A stretch of DNA of 64,000 bases. Source: an uncultured Gammaproteobacteria bacterium. GTDB taxonomy: Bacteria > Patescibacteriota > Microgenomatia > Daviesbacterales > UBA10151. The stretch spans positions 21,253 to 85,252 of the forward strand of contig CAYWKL010000001.1 in the NCBI GenBank assembly GCA_964459095.1, given 5' to 3'. The first letter of the stretch is position 1. Each line of letters begins with the position of its first letter. This document shows positions 29,467 through 40,038 of the stretch, piece by piece. Position numbers and translations under genes: made by a program. The notes beneath the pieces were generated by a model. It had not been told where the DNA came from and searched no databases. It worked only from the letters and a program-made list of their open reading frames with translations.

Positions 29467-30216
29467 TTATTTTAAGTTAGAGTAATATTTAAATTTAATA
29501 ATTTTATATTTATGTAATTTGTAAAAGAATAAATACAAAAAAGTCTCTAAAATAAATTTAATTCCTTTTATAACTTTTATTGAGGAGGCTTTATCATGAT
29601 ACCTAGTAGGAATAGGAATTTCTCCAATTCTAAAACCATGACTAAGTGAAGAAAAGACCATTTGTTGATCAAAAACAAAATCATCAGAAAAATTTTTAAA
29701 TGGCACTGTTTCCAAAACTTTTCTAGAATATGCCCGAAAACCTGAAAAGTGCTCAGTAAAATTAACTCCTAAAATGATATTTTCAAAAAAACAAACTAGC
29801 CGATTTATGAAATATTTAAGTTTAGGCATTCCACCCTGCAGGGCTGAAATTTTACTTTGTATTCGACTTCCAAACATAAAGTCAAATCTTCTTTGAATTA
29901 TTGGCCTGATTAATTCTTTTATTAAACGAGCGTCATATTGGTAATCTGGGTGAAGCATTACTACTATCCCAGCCTTTTCTTCTAAGGCCTTTTCATAGCA
30001 TGTTTTTTGATTACCTCCATAACCTAAATTTTTTTTATGAGTTAGTACTTTTATCCCTAAACCTTTCGCAACATCAACAGTATTATCTGTGCTTTTATCA
30101 TCAACAAGAAGTATGTTTTGTGATAAGTTTTTTGGGATCTCATTAAAAGTGTCTTGTAGTGTGCGCGCAGCATTATAGGCTGGCATAACGATTATTACTT
30201 TGCGAAAATTTCTCAT
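29467..30216 (-). CDS. GT2 DPM1/GtrB/ArnC-like polyprenyl-phosphate sugar synthase
   Basis: 'VIIVMPAYNAARTLQDTFNEIPKNL…ILLVDDKSTDNTVDVAKGLGIKVLTHKKNLGYGGNQKT'. Confidence 0.75.
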   Translation of the reverse strand: MRNFRKVIIVMPAYNAARTLQDTFNEIPKNLSQNILLVDDKSTDNTVDVAKGLGIKVLTHKKNLGYGGNQKTCYEKALEEKAGIVVMLHPDYQYDARLIKELIRPIIQRRFDFMFGSRIQSKISALQGGMPKLKYFINRLVCFFENIILGVNFTEHFSGFRAYSRKVLETVPFKNFSDDFVFDQQMVFSSLSHGFRIGEIPIPTRYHDKASSIKVIKGIKFILETFLYLFFYKLHKYKIIKFKYYSNLK

Positions 30217-31850
30217 AATTTTATAGCATAAAAAGCTGGCTCTTTATTATAAAAGTAAAAGGTTTTAAGAATTTTATTTTTTTCAACACTCTTTATAGGA
30301 ATGCTCCAAGAACTGGCAATAACTAAAGTATTTTTATTTTTTTTATCTTCTCCCCAATTTAGTTTCCTTATAGAGAATTTATCAAAAAGGACTTCTCTTT
30401 CTTTTTTCCCTAACTTATATTCATTTTGCATTTTTTGCGGGTTTAGTTTTCCATAATAGGCCAGATAATAATGTGCGCCTGTGCCAATTCTGGGACTTAC
30501 GTCCCCATATTCTGGGTCAAAAATAATTTGGTTGAAACTGCTATAGTTTGCCCAAATAAATAGTGATACTTCTTTAAAGGGATATTGCAAATCTTGGGAT
30601 TTTTCTCTTGGGTAATTAACAAAGTAAATCATTAGAAAGAAGCCAAAGTTCAAAAGAATTAGAACAGGAATTAATATATATATTGGATACCTAAACTTAA
30701 TTTTTTTTTCTTTTAAAATATTAAAGGCAAAATAAAATCCACAAGCTGATATTATATTTAGCATAGTAAATACCATTATGCTTCTGTGGGGGCTGTGAGC
30801 CTCAAAAGTTAGGCCGCTTGGTATTGTTCCAAGAATTACCCAAGCAAGGATAAATTTTTTTGCGCTAGAAAAATTGCGTAATTTAATCAAATAAATTAAT
30901 CCTAAAATAAAAAAAGGAAATTGCAGAAAATACAAAGGGCCTGAGTCAATTAACCCCTGATTGGTAAGATCAAGTCCGTCTACAAATAAAAAAGTCGGAT
31001 TAAATTGGATCAATAATCTATTAAAACTATACTTGATGATCATTAATTTTTCTTGTACGTAGCTTATTTCTGGGTTTTTTTGTTTGACAAACTGAATTAG
31101 TTCTCCAAGTACTGGATCTTGAGTTATAAACACTGTTTTCGATCTGTATTGTGCATTCGGATTTGTTAAAATAATCAGATAAAGAGGCATTAACAAAAAT
31201 AAAAAGACAAGTATTGGCCAAAAGAAAATCTTTAAATTGTAAGAGGGTTGATTTCTAAAAATTAGAATAAAGGAAATAATCACTAATGGAATAATTAGCG
31301 CATGCGAAAAGTAAGTATACATTGCTAAAGCTAATAGTCCAAAACCAAAATAAAGACTAACTCTTTTTTTAGAAAGTAAAAGACCAAAACCCAAAAGCAT
31401 AAAAAAAATTCCTGCTCCGTTTTCAAAACTTTTGCGTGAAAAAAATATTTCGAAAGGTGCTATAGCAGTAAAAAAGCTGGCTATTAGAGCTACCCGATTA
31501 TTTCTTAATAGCTTAGTAACAAAAAAGTACACTGCAAAAATGTTTAAACTCCCAAAAATTGCTGCTGGAATCCTAATGGTAATTTCTCCTCCACCTAAAA
31601 GAAAAAAGATGGGTACTGTTATATAAGTATAAAAAGGAGATTTGTAATCATTAACTGAAGTAAAAATTGTAGGTAGGAAATTACCATATATATCTTTTCC
31701 GGTTTGCGCTATAGATATAGCATCATAAAGTTGTGTTACCTCATCATGATTTAGTTGTATAGGAAACTCTCCTAACTTGTAAAATCTTAAAAAAACTCCC
31801 AGTAGAAAAATTAATACTAAAATTAAAAATTCTTTGTTCAGTTTAAGCAT
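30213..31850 (-). CDS. GT-C glycosyltransferase, PMT/ArnT-like, paralog 5
   Basis: 'PIQLNHDEVTQLYDAISIAQTGKDIYGNFLP'. Confidence 0.7.
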   Translation of the reverse strand: MLKLNKEFLILVLIFLLGVFLRFYKLGEFPIQLNHDEVTQLYDAISIAQTGKDIYGNFLPTIFTSVNDYKSPFYTYITVPIFFLLGGGEITIRIPAAIFGSLNIFAVYFFVTKLLRNNRVALIASFFTAIAPFEIFFSRKSFENGAGIFFMLLGFGLLLSKKRVSLYFGFGLLALAMYTYFSHALIIPLVIISFILIFRNQPSYNLKIFFWPILVFLFLLMPLYLIILTNPNAQYRSKTVFITQDPVLGELIQFVKQKNPEISYVQEKLMIIKYSFNRLLIQFNPTFLFVDGLDLTNQGLIDSGPLYFLQFPFFILGLIYLIKLRNFSSAKKFILAWVILGTIPSGLTFEAHSPHRSIMVFTMLNIISACGFYFAFNILKEKKIKFRYPIYILIPVLILLNFGFFLMIYFVNYPREKSQDLQYPFKEVSLFIWANYSSFNQIIFDPEYGDVSPRIGTGAHYYLAYYGKLNPQKMQNEYKLGKKEREVLFDKFSIRKLNWGEDKKNKNTLVIASSWSIPIKSVEKNKILKTFYFYNKEPAFYAIKL

Positions 31851-33430
31851 ATATCTGCTAACAAATAAACCCTTTCCGTATTCGTTGAATCTTTGAATAC
31901 CTTGTTAAACTTTACGCTTTCAAAATATCGTTTTAATCTTTTTATGTCTTTTTCAGTTACATAAGCTCTAGTTTTTGTTAAAGAATACTCGCACCGATTA
32001 AATTTCTCATCCGAGTTAATAGTCCTTATTTGCCATAGTGAACTTTGGTTAAATTTATAAGGAAATTTCAAATTCTCAAAATTATTATCTGGCCTAAAAT
32101 TTGTATTCCATGCAACATAAGGAATAATATCAGTAATAATTTTGTCAGAATAAGCAACAGGGGTATTTCCAAAACTGCTACTTGCATCATCTATCACATT
32201 TTGAATCCAGACAGGACGAATGTTGTTAGTTTTTTTAATAAAACTTATAGGAAAAACTAAATTTAAAATCAACTCAAATAAAGCAAGAATTAAGATTAGG
32301 GAAGATACTCCTAGTCTTAATTTAGAAAGACCTAATGCTATGATCATAGCTACAAATGGCATAAAAAATATAAAGGTTTCTATTGCCGAATTTTGGAAAA
32401 TTAATGGGTAGGTAAAAACAATTATAAAACCTAAAAGGAATCTATAGTTTGTCTCATATCTTATAAGGGTGTAAACTCCTATTAAAAAAGGGATTATCAA
32501 TATTTTTTCCCATACCCCTATTAGGGGAAAATTTATTACTCCTTGGCTATCAAGTTCTCCAAAAAGTTTATCTAAACTTATGTTTGAAAGGTATGAAGAT
32601 AAATTATAGGTTACGTAGTGTGTTTTATTGAAAAATATCTTGCCAAGAATTTGCGCCAAGTTAGCATCATAAACCTGCCCTCTAAGTCTATTAATACCAT
32701 TACTTATACTAAGATCATAAAAATTTAAAAAGTTATTCTCAAGTAAACTCCTTAAGCCTTGTTCAATATTAAGATAAACTATTAAACTTAAAGCAGATAG
32801 GAAAAAGGGTGTTGCGCAAATTAACCATTTATGCTTATTTCCCCATTTTTTTTGCACAAAACATATTGTATAGATTACAAATATTGGCAAGATAAACCAA
32901 GCTATTTTTTCTGTTAATATTATTAGCAGAAATAAAACAATTAGAAGGAAATAGTTTATCTTAGGTCTAATCAAGTAGTAAAATGTAAGGGCAAATAACA
33001 CTGTTAAAACTATTTCCTCATTTGGCACTTTTGAAAGAAAATAAAGGGGAGGAGCAAAAGCTACTAAAACACTCGTATACAAACTAATTGATTTATCTTT
33101 AAATAAGCTTTTTGAGATTAAATAAGAAATCAGAATTAAAAAAGTACCTATAACGATAAATGGCAATCTTACTCCTATCTCATTTTTTCCAAAAAACAGC
33201 TCTCCAAAGGCTACAATATAGGAAACAAGCGGGAGCCGATAGTCACTTAGAGAATTAAATAAAAAAGGTAAGTTTCTTCCTAGCTCATCTGTGGCGAAGT
33301 GAGAAAGTGTATACCCTCTGTACGCAATCCTCGCTTCTTCCTCGGTAAAGTATGGGAAATCAAAATTTATTAATCTAATTAAAAATCCCAAACTCAAAAT
33401 AACAATTATCAGATTTATATTTTTGGTCAT
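31838..33430 (-). CDS. GT-C glycosyltransferase-like, divergent PMT-type
   Basis: 'FPYFTEEEARIAYRGYTLSHFATDELGRNLP'. Polytopic. Confidence 0.6.
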   Translation of the reverse strand: MTKNINLIIVILSLGFLIRLINFDFPYFTEEEARIAYRGYTLSHFATDELGRNLPFLFNSLSDYRLPLVSYIVAFGELFFGKNEIGVRLPFIVIGTFLILISYLISKSLFKDKSISLYTSVLVAFAPPLYFLSKVPNEEIVLTVLFALTFYYLIRPKINYFLLIVLFLLIILTEKIAWFILPIFVIYTICFVQKKWGNKHKWLICATPFFLSALSLIVYLNIEQGLRSLLENNFLNFYDLSISNGINRLRGQVYDANLAQILGKIFFNKTHYVTYNLSSYLSNISLDKLFGELDSQGVINFPLIGVWEKILIIPFLIGVYTLIRYETNYRFLLGFIIVFTYPLIFQNSAIETFIFFMPFVAMIIALGLSKLRLGVSSLILILALFELILNLVFPISFIKKTNNIRPVWIQNVIDDASSSFGNTPVAYSDKIITDIIPYVAWNTNFRPDNNFENLKFPYKFNQSSLWQIRTINSDEKFNRCEYSLTKTRAYVTEKDIKRLKRYFESVKFNKVFKDSTNTERVYLLADICLN

Positions 33431-33441
33431 CTTTTATCAAC

Positions 33442-34920
33442 TTATTTTACATATATGCTATATTCTTCTAAAGACGATTTTATTTGTCTAAATCCTTGCT
33501 TATTTAAGGTTTCTTTATCTGCCGAACTAGCAAGTAAAACATCTCCGTCTAAAAGTTTCACTCCTGGCCTCCACATTTTTAAAGGTTTGCTAAAATAAGC
33601 TTTCTCAAAAAACTTTGCTGCGCTAGATTCCTTTTGATAATAATCCCAAAGAATAACTGGTTTAAGTTTATATTTTTTTGAATATTTAGATAGCTCCTTA
33701 AAAGTTATATTTGATGTGCTAGAAAAATCTGTAACAACCTGTCTAGGATATTCGTTCCAATAATAGGAGACAAATTCAATGTAATTTATAAAAACTAAAC
33801 ATAAAATTAAGAAAAAAATTAACTTACTTTTTTTAAGTAAAAAAGATATTCCTTGAGTAGAGATTATTGCAAAAAAAGGCATTAATGCCATTAATCTACT
33901 AGCTCTGTAAATTTGATCAGTCAGCCCGAAAAAAATAGGCGTTAGGAAAAAACAAGCCAAAGCAAAATAAAGAGGCATGCTTTTTTTGGCAACACCCTGG
34001 TAAATACCTGTTAGGAAAAAAGGTAAGGTAAAAAATAAAAACATCCCGTGTTTGCCTGTAGAATGATAAGCAGTAGCATCTCCTTTTAAGAATAAGAAAC
34101 TTAGGTCAAAGGAAGATAAATATGGAAGAAAAAAATCCTGATAATTTGCTAGATGAACTGGCTGGTTATAGTTGAGTAGTGCCCCAGGATATTTGATTAA
34201 ACCGACAGCTATGAATAAAAGTGTAGGTAAAAACCCAGCTAAAAAAAACCTAAGAGACTCCAGCTTTGATTTATTCTTTTTTGTTCTATCAAGTAGGATA
34301 GCTCCTATACCAACTAAAGCATATACAGGTACAATGAGTCTCATACCGTTATATGAAAATATACTTAAACCTAAAGAAATACTCCCCAGGAGCAAATAAA
34401 TATTGCGATTAAGTTTAAAATATTTAAACATCATTAAAATCCAAAAACATATAAAAGGCAAGGGAGCAATATTTTCACTAGCTAAATGGCTTTGTATCAA
34501 AAGCAAGGGTGACATTGAAAAAATTAACAAGCCTATTAAAGATTCTAAGTTAGCGAAAATCTGTTTTAAAATTAAAAAAAGTAAAGTAACACTAACTAAA
34601 GCTATAAAAACACTAACTAACCTTAAATTGAACAAAGATTTTCCAAGTATTTTGAAAACTATGATACTTGAATATATTGTGATAGGCTGCTTCCATTCTT
34701 TTTTGTCTAAGGTTAGAATAAACAAAGGAATAATTCTTTTATTCTCATCACGTAAAGTCTCAGATATAAGAATACTGTTTAAACCAATAGCTGCTTCATC
34801 TCCATTTATTCCAGGAGGTATAGATTCAAGTTTGTACGAAAAAATAAAGAAAAAAATTAAGGATATTAAAAAAATAAATAATATTTCTTTCTTTACGGCA
34901 ATAATTCCCAAACTTTTCAC
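33442..34920 (-). CDS. GT-C glycosyltransferase-like, PMT-type
   Basis: 'PPGINGDEAAIGLNSILISETLRDENKRIIP'. Confidence 0.6.
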   Translation of the reverse strand: MKSLGIIAVKKEILFIFLISLIFFFIFSYKLESIPPGINGDEAAIGLNSILISETLRDENKRIIPLFILTLDKKEWKQPITIYSSIIVFKILGKSLFNLRLVSVFIALVSVTLLFLILKQIFANLESLIGLLIFSMSPLLLIQSHLASENIAPLPFICFWILMMFKYFKLNRNIYLLLGSISLGLSIFSYNGMRLIVPVYALVGIGAILLDRTKKNKSKLESLRFFLAGFLPTLLFIAVGLIKYPGALLNYNQPVHLANYQDFFLPYLSSFDLSFLFLKGDATAYHSTGKHGMFLFFTLPFFLTGIYQGVAKKSMPLYFALACFFLTPIFFGLTDQIYRASRLMALMPFFAIISTQGISFLLKKSKLIFFLILCLVFINYIEFVSYYWNEYPRQVVTDFSSTSNITFKELSKYSKKYKLKPVILWDYYQKESSAAKFFEKAYFSKPLKMWRPGVKLLDGDVLLASSADKETLNKQGFRQIKSSLEEYSIYVK

Positions 34921-34923
34921 TTA

Positions 34924-35772
34924 CTATTTCTTTCCTAACTTTTGACTAATAAATATACTTAAGCGAATTAATAAGCCAATTAGAAACCCGTGGAAGATGT
35001 TTGCACTTTTTATCTGGTAATATTTCCTTCCTGTTTTCTCTAAGGGGGTAAGTTCAGATAAAAATCCACCATTACCGGTCTTTACTTCATCTTCACTACC
35101 TCCTAGTACATGAGATATTCTTGCTCCAGGAATATAGTAAACTTTAAGTCCTACTTTTTTTATACTCCTACAAAGATCTAGATCCTCATAGTAGAGAAAA
35201 TATTTCTCGTTAAACCCTCCTACTCTTTCAAAAGTATTTTTTTTAATCATCATACATGTCCCATATGCACTTTCCACCTCAATATTGCCCCCTGTCTTTG
35301 GAGCATACTCTGAGTATAAATTTTCTTTGCCAAATACATATTCTCCTATTGCGCGATTTAATGTAGGAAGATTTCTAACCGAAGGTTGTATCTTCCCATT
35401 CATTGTAAAAATTGCAGGAACAACTATTCCTACCTTTTCATTCTTACTAATAAATTCATATAAGATTTCTAAGGTATTCTTATATAGTTTTGTATCAGGA
35501 TTCAAAAAAACTAAATAACTGTTTGAAGCTATATTTGCTCCTATATTATTTGCTACAGAGAATCCAGAATTTTCAGCGCATTCGATTAATTTTATTTTCT
35601 TTTTTTCATTTAAAGCTTTAAACTCTAATATTTTCTGGCAAGTCCTATCACTTGAATTATTATCAACAATAATTAGTTCGGAATCCTCAGAGATGCTTTC
35701 AGCAGTAGATTTAAGATATTCATCTATAGTTTTTTCATTATTGTAAGTAACAGTTATTATTGACAGCTCCAT
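34924..35772 (-). CDS. GT2-family glycosyltransferase
   Basis: 'LSIITVTYNNEKTIDEYL…LIIVDNNSSDRT'. Confidence 0.8.
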   Translation of the reverse strand: MELSIITVTYNNEKTIDEYLKSTAESISEDSELIIVDNNSSDRTCQKILEFKALNEKKKIKLIECAENSGFSVANNIGANIASNSYLVFLNPDTKLYKNTLEILYEFISKNEKVGIVVPAIFTMNGKIQPSVRNLPTLNRAIGEYVFGKENLYSEYAPKTGGNIEVESAYGTCMMIKKNTFERVGGFNEKYFLYYEDLDLCRSIKKVGLKVYYIPGARISHVLGGSEDEVKTGNGGFLSELTPLEKTGRKYYQIKSANIFHGFLIGLLIRLSIFISQKLGKK

Positions 35773-36893
35773 TAGTTTTTTATTAGATTTTTTATTTTCT
35801 TTTCAAAATGTTCTTCAGAAAATATTAAAGCCTTTTGTTTAGCATTTTTTCTCAATTTTCTAATTTTTTCCTCACTACCTTTTATTATGTTTAATGTATA
35901 CTCCTTTAACTTCGAGAGGTCATTCCATAAAAAACCATTAATACCCTGATCAATTATTTCAGGTTGACCCCCTAAGTTTATAACAACAGGAATGCATTCA
36001 GCAGACATAGCCTCCACAGTTGAAATTCCAAAATGTTCAAACTTTTTAGGATTATTTTCACCAAATCCTGTTGCGTGCCAATAAATTGAGGATTTGCCAT
36101 ATAGCTTTACCAGATCCCCAAAACTTATATTTTCAAAAAACTCAACAGGGTAATTTTTTGCAAGGTTTTTAAGGTATTCAAAGTATTTTTCATTCCCTGA
36201 ACTTAAACCTCCAGCTAAACAAAGCCTCCAATCTTTTAAGCCTTTGTCAACCATTTCTTTAAAAACTTTTATCAGGACATCATGCTTTTTTGGTTTAGAA
36301 AGTGAAAAAAAACCTACAGATAGTATTTGTTTTTCTTTTTTCAAAGGGGCAAGTTTATCTACTTCAACAGGAGGATAGATTACTTCACCCGCTAGATTTA
36401 GGTATTTTTCAATATTCTCTTTTGTAAATTGGGAATTATAAATTGCTTTTGTCCAAGATTTAAGCTTTATCTTTCCAAAAAGGCCACTAGTTTTAACTAC
36501 ATCAAGTGGTGACTGAAAATGTATGAAACTTTTTTTTGCTCCTGATAAAAAAATACTCCCATCAGATAGATAGAAGAAAACATCATATTTAGTTAAAAAT
36601 AAATACCTACTTAGAGCGTTTGAACCAATTCCAAAAGGACCTTTTTTAAAATTAACTTTAGAAAGATTTAAGTCATGAAAGAGGTGTATTTTCTTTTTTA
36701 TTAGATAAATTCCAAGAGAAAATAAATGTGCATCAAGAAGCACGTCTACACTATGCTCTTTAGATAAAACTTCTGCAATTGTTAAAACGTACCTTTCACC
36801 ACCACCTGATGTATCCAAATAGGGTGTATAGATTGCAATTCTCACTCTATTAAGTATTATACTTAATTTAAAAATTACTCTACATATCCCCAA
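35772..36893 (-). CDS. GT4-family glycosyltransferase
   Basis: 'FGISTVEAMSAECIPVVINLGGQPEII'. Confidence 0.8.
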   Translation of the reverse strand: MGICRVIFKLSIILNRVRIAIYTPYLDTSGGGERYVLTIAEVLSKEHSVDVLLDAHLFSLGIYLIKKKIHLFHDLNLSKVNFKKGPFGIGSNALSRYLFLTKYDVFFYLSDGSIFLSGAKKSFIHFQSPLDVVKTSGLFGKIKLKSWTKAIYNSQFTKENIEKYLNLAGEVIYPPVEVDKLAPLKKEKQILSVGFFSLSKPKKHDVLIKVFKEMVDKGLKDWRLCLAGGLSSGNEKYFEYLKNLAKNYPVEFFENISFGDLVKLYGKSSIYWHATGFGENNPKKFEHFGISTVEAMSAECIPVVINLGGQPEIIDQGINGFLWNDLSKLKEYTLNIIKGSEEKIRKLRKNAKQKALIFSEEHFEKKIKNLIKN

Positions 36894-38362
36894 AGAGATT
36901 CAGTAAGATTTAAATCCTCAGCAGAGCAAAGCTCCTTAAGGTTTTGAAAATCCTTTTCTCTAGGCTTAACTACTCCAATTATTCCTGAACGGAAATCTAT
37001 TTTCTCATCAGATAAATAAAAAGGTAAAGATATATTATAGACTGGTACATCAAGGGATGGCTTTGTTAGTTTAAGACCATTCAGATAAAAAATATACCTG
37101 AAGCCAAATTGGTTCCCAATTGATGTTATATATGAAATTCCAACACAAGGAAAATTTCTTTTTTTACTATCCTTAAGAATATATGAAGTAATTTCTTGTC
37201 TTTCCTTATATCCAAAATTTGCACTGTCTTTTATATTTACTAACAGATTTAAATTATTTACAAGTATTGCAAAAAACAATATAAGAATTATACGTATTCC
37301 AATTTTTTTGAATTTAACAATATATGCTAGCGCAAATACTATTATTATAAGAAATAAAGTGTCAATATTTGTAAAATAATATTCAGAAATCCCTTTACTT
37401 GAAAAACTAAAAAATAAAACCATTGATGCAAACCATGTAAAAATGATCAGAAAAATTCTTTTGCTTATAAATGCTTTGTAAGAAAGAAAGAATAAAATTA
37501 ACAGGAGTGCTGTCGCAACTATTAAATTTGTTGGAAAGCTGCCTCGCTCTGGAAAAAATAATAAGCCATACGAGTTTGAACTTACGTGAGATAAAACTTT
37601 AATAAATTTTTCGGTGAAGTTGGAGCTTTCCTGACTAAGAATAAAAGAATTAAAAATCGCTTTTAACTGAATAAAACCGTGCCTTGTTTCAAACAGTATT
37701 AATGGTACTACAGGAACTAAAAAAGCTATAAAAGTTTTAATTAGATCTTTTTTAGAAGGTAGCTTTCTGGCCAAAAATAAAGCAACAATAGCAGAGAGTA
37801 GAAGTGGTGCTTCAGCTAAACTGATATGCCAAATAAGTCCAGATAAAAACCCCAAAAGAGGTAAGAAATTTAAATTACCTTTGGCTATATTTACAACTGT
37901 ATAAAAAAACCAGATCTCCCAGATAAACATAGTATTTGTTGGAACTACCCAGCGATCATGCAAAACTCGAGTAAGTAAAACTGATTGCAAAAAAGCCGCC
38001 ATTAAACCTACCCAAACATTAACAAGCTTCTTAAAGATATAAAAATAACTTAAGATTGTTAGAATAGAAAGAACCAACCCAAATAATATTGCACCTGTTG
38101 GAAGCATATTAGTTATCAAAAAAAATGGAACAAGTGAATAATAAAATAACGGGCCAATGAAGATACCTGTTTGGCTTGTTTCTTGCCCTATCAACCTTAA
38201 GTGTTTGTTTACTACAATGTCCTTTACTATCCAGGAATAGATATCCCCATCATGTGCATATTCAAATCTTTCGTATGCTTTGTAAGCTCTAAAAAAAACT
38301 GAAATACAGATTATTATCAATAAAAGAAGCAAAATCTTTTTCCTGAAAAAAAACTTTTTCAT
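36875..38362 (-). CDS. Polytopic membrane protein, PMT_2-like GT-C candidate (paralog of 58007..59503)
   Basis: '…FEYAHDGDIYSW…LIGQETSQTGIFIGPLFYY' parallels 'FLGDEGRDALVVKK…LGPPTSVGNMYLGPLYYY' in 58007..59503. Confidence 0.5.
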   Translation of the reverse strand: MKKFFFRKKILLLLLIIICISVFFRAYKAYERFEYAHDGDIYSWIVKDIVVNKHLRLIGQETSQTGIFIGPLFYYSLVPFFLITNMLPTGAILFGLVLSILTILSYFYIFKKLVNVWVGLMAAFLQSVLLTRVLHDRWVVPTNTMFIWEIWFFYTVVNIAKGNLNFLPLLGFLSGLIWHISLAEAPLLLSAIVALFLARKLPSKKDLIKTFIAFLVPVVPLILFETRHGFIQLKAIFNSFILSQESSNFTEKFIKVLSHVSSNSYGLLFFPERGSFPTNLIVATALLLILFFLSYKAFISKRIFLIIFTWFASMVLFFSFSSKGISEYYFTNIDTLFLIIIVFALAYIVKFKKIGIRIILILFFAILVNNLNLLVNIKDSANFGYKERQEITSYILKDSKKRNFPCVGISYITSIGNQFGFRYIFYLNGLKLTKPSLDVPVYNISLPFYLSDEKIDFRSGIIGVVKPREKDFQNLKELCSAEDLNLTESLWGYVE

Positions 38363-39172
38363 TTAAAGCTTAAAGGAGAAGTTGTTCCTCAGGAGTTCTT
38401 CATCTATTTCTTTATAAATTTGTTCTCTTGTTTTAGGTTGTTGAAACTCCCAAAGTCTTATATAAGTAATAATTAAGCTGAATACTTGTAGTATTGAATC
38501 TATCACCCCAATAGTTCCTGAGAAAAAACCTTTTTTTATAATCCCTTGATTTATTGTTTCAGTAAGTAAAATTCTAAGCAGTCTCCACCCAACCATTTTT
38601 GGATGTCCTGATCTTAATCTTAAGTTTGCATCTATTTTTGAGTAGTCGAGACTTTTAAGAACTATTTGATCAATATTTCTGTGGGTTAAGTGTAGAAGGG
38701 ATTTTTTTGTATATCCTAAGGATCCTTTAAATGTAGCATACTCATGTACACTCCCTACCCAACTTATAAAATCAGATTTTTTAATAAGTCTTATAACCCA
38801 GTCTGGCCAAAAGGGACCATATTTTTCTTCCTTACCAAAAATTATATTTTTTCTTGACAGTGCATATGCTGAGTGCTCTGAATTAGAAACCAAAGTAAGT
38901 ATTTCTTCCTTTAAATCCTTTAGCACTCTTTCATCAGCATCTACATATAAAATCCAGTCTCCTTTAGTTTTATCAAATGCAAAGGTTCGCAAACTTGAAA
39001 AATCTTCCATTTCTACAGAAAAAATTTTTTCTGTGTATTTTTTTGCAATATCTTTAGTTTTATCAGTTGAAGCGTTATCAACAACAATTATCTCATCAGC
39101 CCATTTAACAGATTCTAGACATGTTGAGATTTTATCTTCTTCGTTTTTTGCTATGACTGCAACGCTTAACAT
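38363..39172 (-). CDS. GT2-family glycosyltransferase (KdtX/WaaE-like)
   Basis: 'LSVAVIAKNEEDKISTCLESVKWADEIIVVDNASTDKT'. Confidence 0.75.
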   Translation of the reverse strand: MLSVAVIAKNEEDKISTCLESVKWADEIIVVDNASTDKTKDIAKKYTEKIFSVEMEDFSSLRTFAFDKTKGDWILYVDADERVLKDLKEEILTLVSNSEHSAYALSRKNIIFGKEEKYGPFWPDWVIRLIKKSDFISWVGSVHEYATFKGSLGYTKKSLLHLTHRNIDQIVLKSLDYSKIDANLRLRSGHPKMVGWRLLRILLTETINQGIIKKGFFSGTIGVIDSILQVFSLIITYIRLWEFQQPKTREQIYKEIDEELLRNNFSFKL

Positions 39173-39192
39173 TATTAAAATTTATCATATCA

Positions 39193-40038
39193 TTACAAAC
39201 TCCCTTTTCCAAACTTACATAAAAGAAAATCTATAAAAGCTTTGCGTTTTGCAGAATTCCTTAAATTCCTTAGTGCCTCCCTAATTAATGCTAATCTTGT
39301 TCGAAATGGTAAAAACTTTGAAGCAAGAAGTAATCTATTTCTTGTAATATAGTAGTCCTGTAAGGAGGAACCAAGACCTGTTGATTTTGCGTTATCATGA
39401 AAAATAAGTGCCTGGGGAACATACATTATTTTAAAACCTGCTTTTTTAGCCCGCAAACAAAAATCCGTGTCTTCATAATATAAAAAGTATCTCACATCAA
39501 ATATACCAATTTTTTCAAACACTTTCGCCCTTACAAATATTGCTGCGCCGGTTGCAAAGTCCACTTCTAAATCCTTATCAAATTGACCTTCATCTTTTTG
39601 ATCTACTCCGATATGAGACCCTAATACATTCTCAGAATCAAATTCTCCACCCGCATACCAAATTATTTTAGAGTTTGCAAAATAAATTTTGGGGCTTGAG
39701 ATGTCTGAGGAGTGCTCCTTAGACTTCTCAAGAAGTACCCGAATAGTATTTTTTTCAATATAGGTGTCTGGGTTTAAAATAAAAACATACTCATTTTTTT
39801 CTTCTAGTGCTTTTTTTATACCAACATTATTTCCACCACTGTAACCTAGATTTTCACCTGTTTGCATAAATGTAAGATTATTCTTTTTTGGAAGTCCTTC
39901 CTCCAGGCCATCCCCTGAGTTATTATCCAATACAATGATTTGTAAATCCTTATAAGAAGAATTTAAGACTGACCTTACACACTTTAAGGTTAAGTCCTTA
40001 ACTTTGTAATTCAAAATTACAACAGCGATTTTTTCCAT
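39193..40038 (-). CDS. GT2-family glycosyltransferase
   Basis: 'IAVVILNYKVKDLTLKCVRSV…IIVLDNNSGDG'. Confidence 0.8.
   Translation of the reverse strand: MEKIAVVILNYKVKDLTLKCVRSVLNSSYKDLQIIVLDNNSGDGLEEGLPKKNNLTFMQTGENLGYSGGNNVGIKKALEEKNEYVFILNPDTYIEKNTIRVLLEKSKEHSSDISSPKIYFANSKIIWYAGGEFDSENVLGSHIGVDQKDEGQFDKDLEVDFATGAAIFVRAKVFEKIGIFDVRYFLYYEDTDFCLRAKKAGFKIMYVPQALIFHDNAKSTGLGSSLQDYYITRNRLLLASKFLPFRTRLALIREALRNLRNSAKRKAFIDFLLCKFGKGSL

Noticed and set aside
34403-34945. 180-aa plus-strand K-rich ORF antisense to the GT-C gene 33442..34920
   Set aside because: Lys-rich because it is the complement of Phe/Leu-rich membrane-protein codons. It is nested in a better-supported gene.
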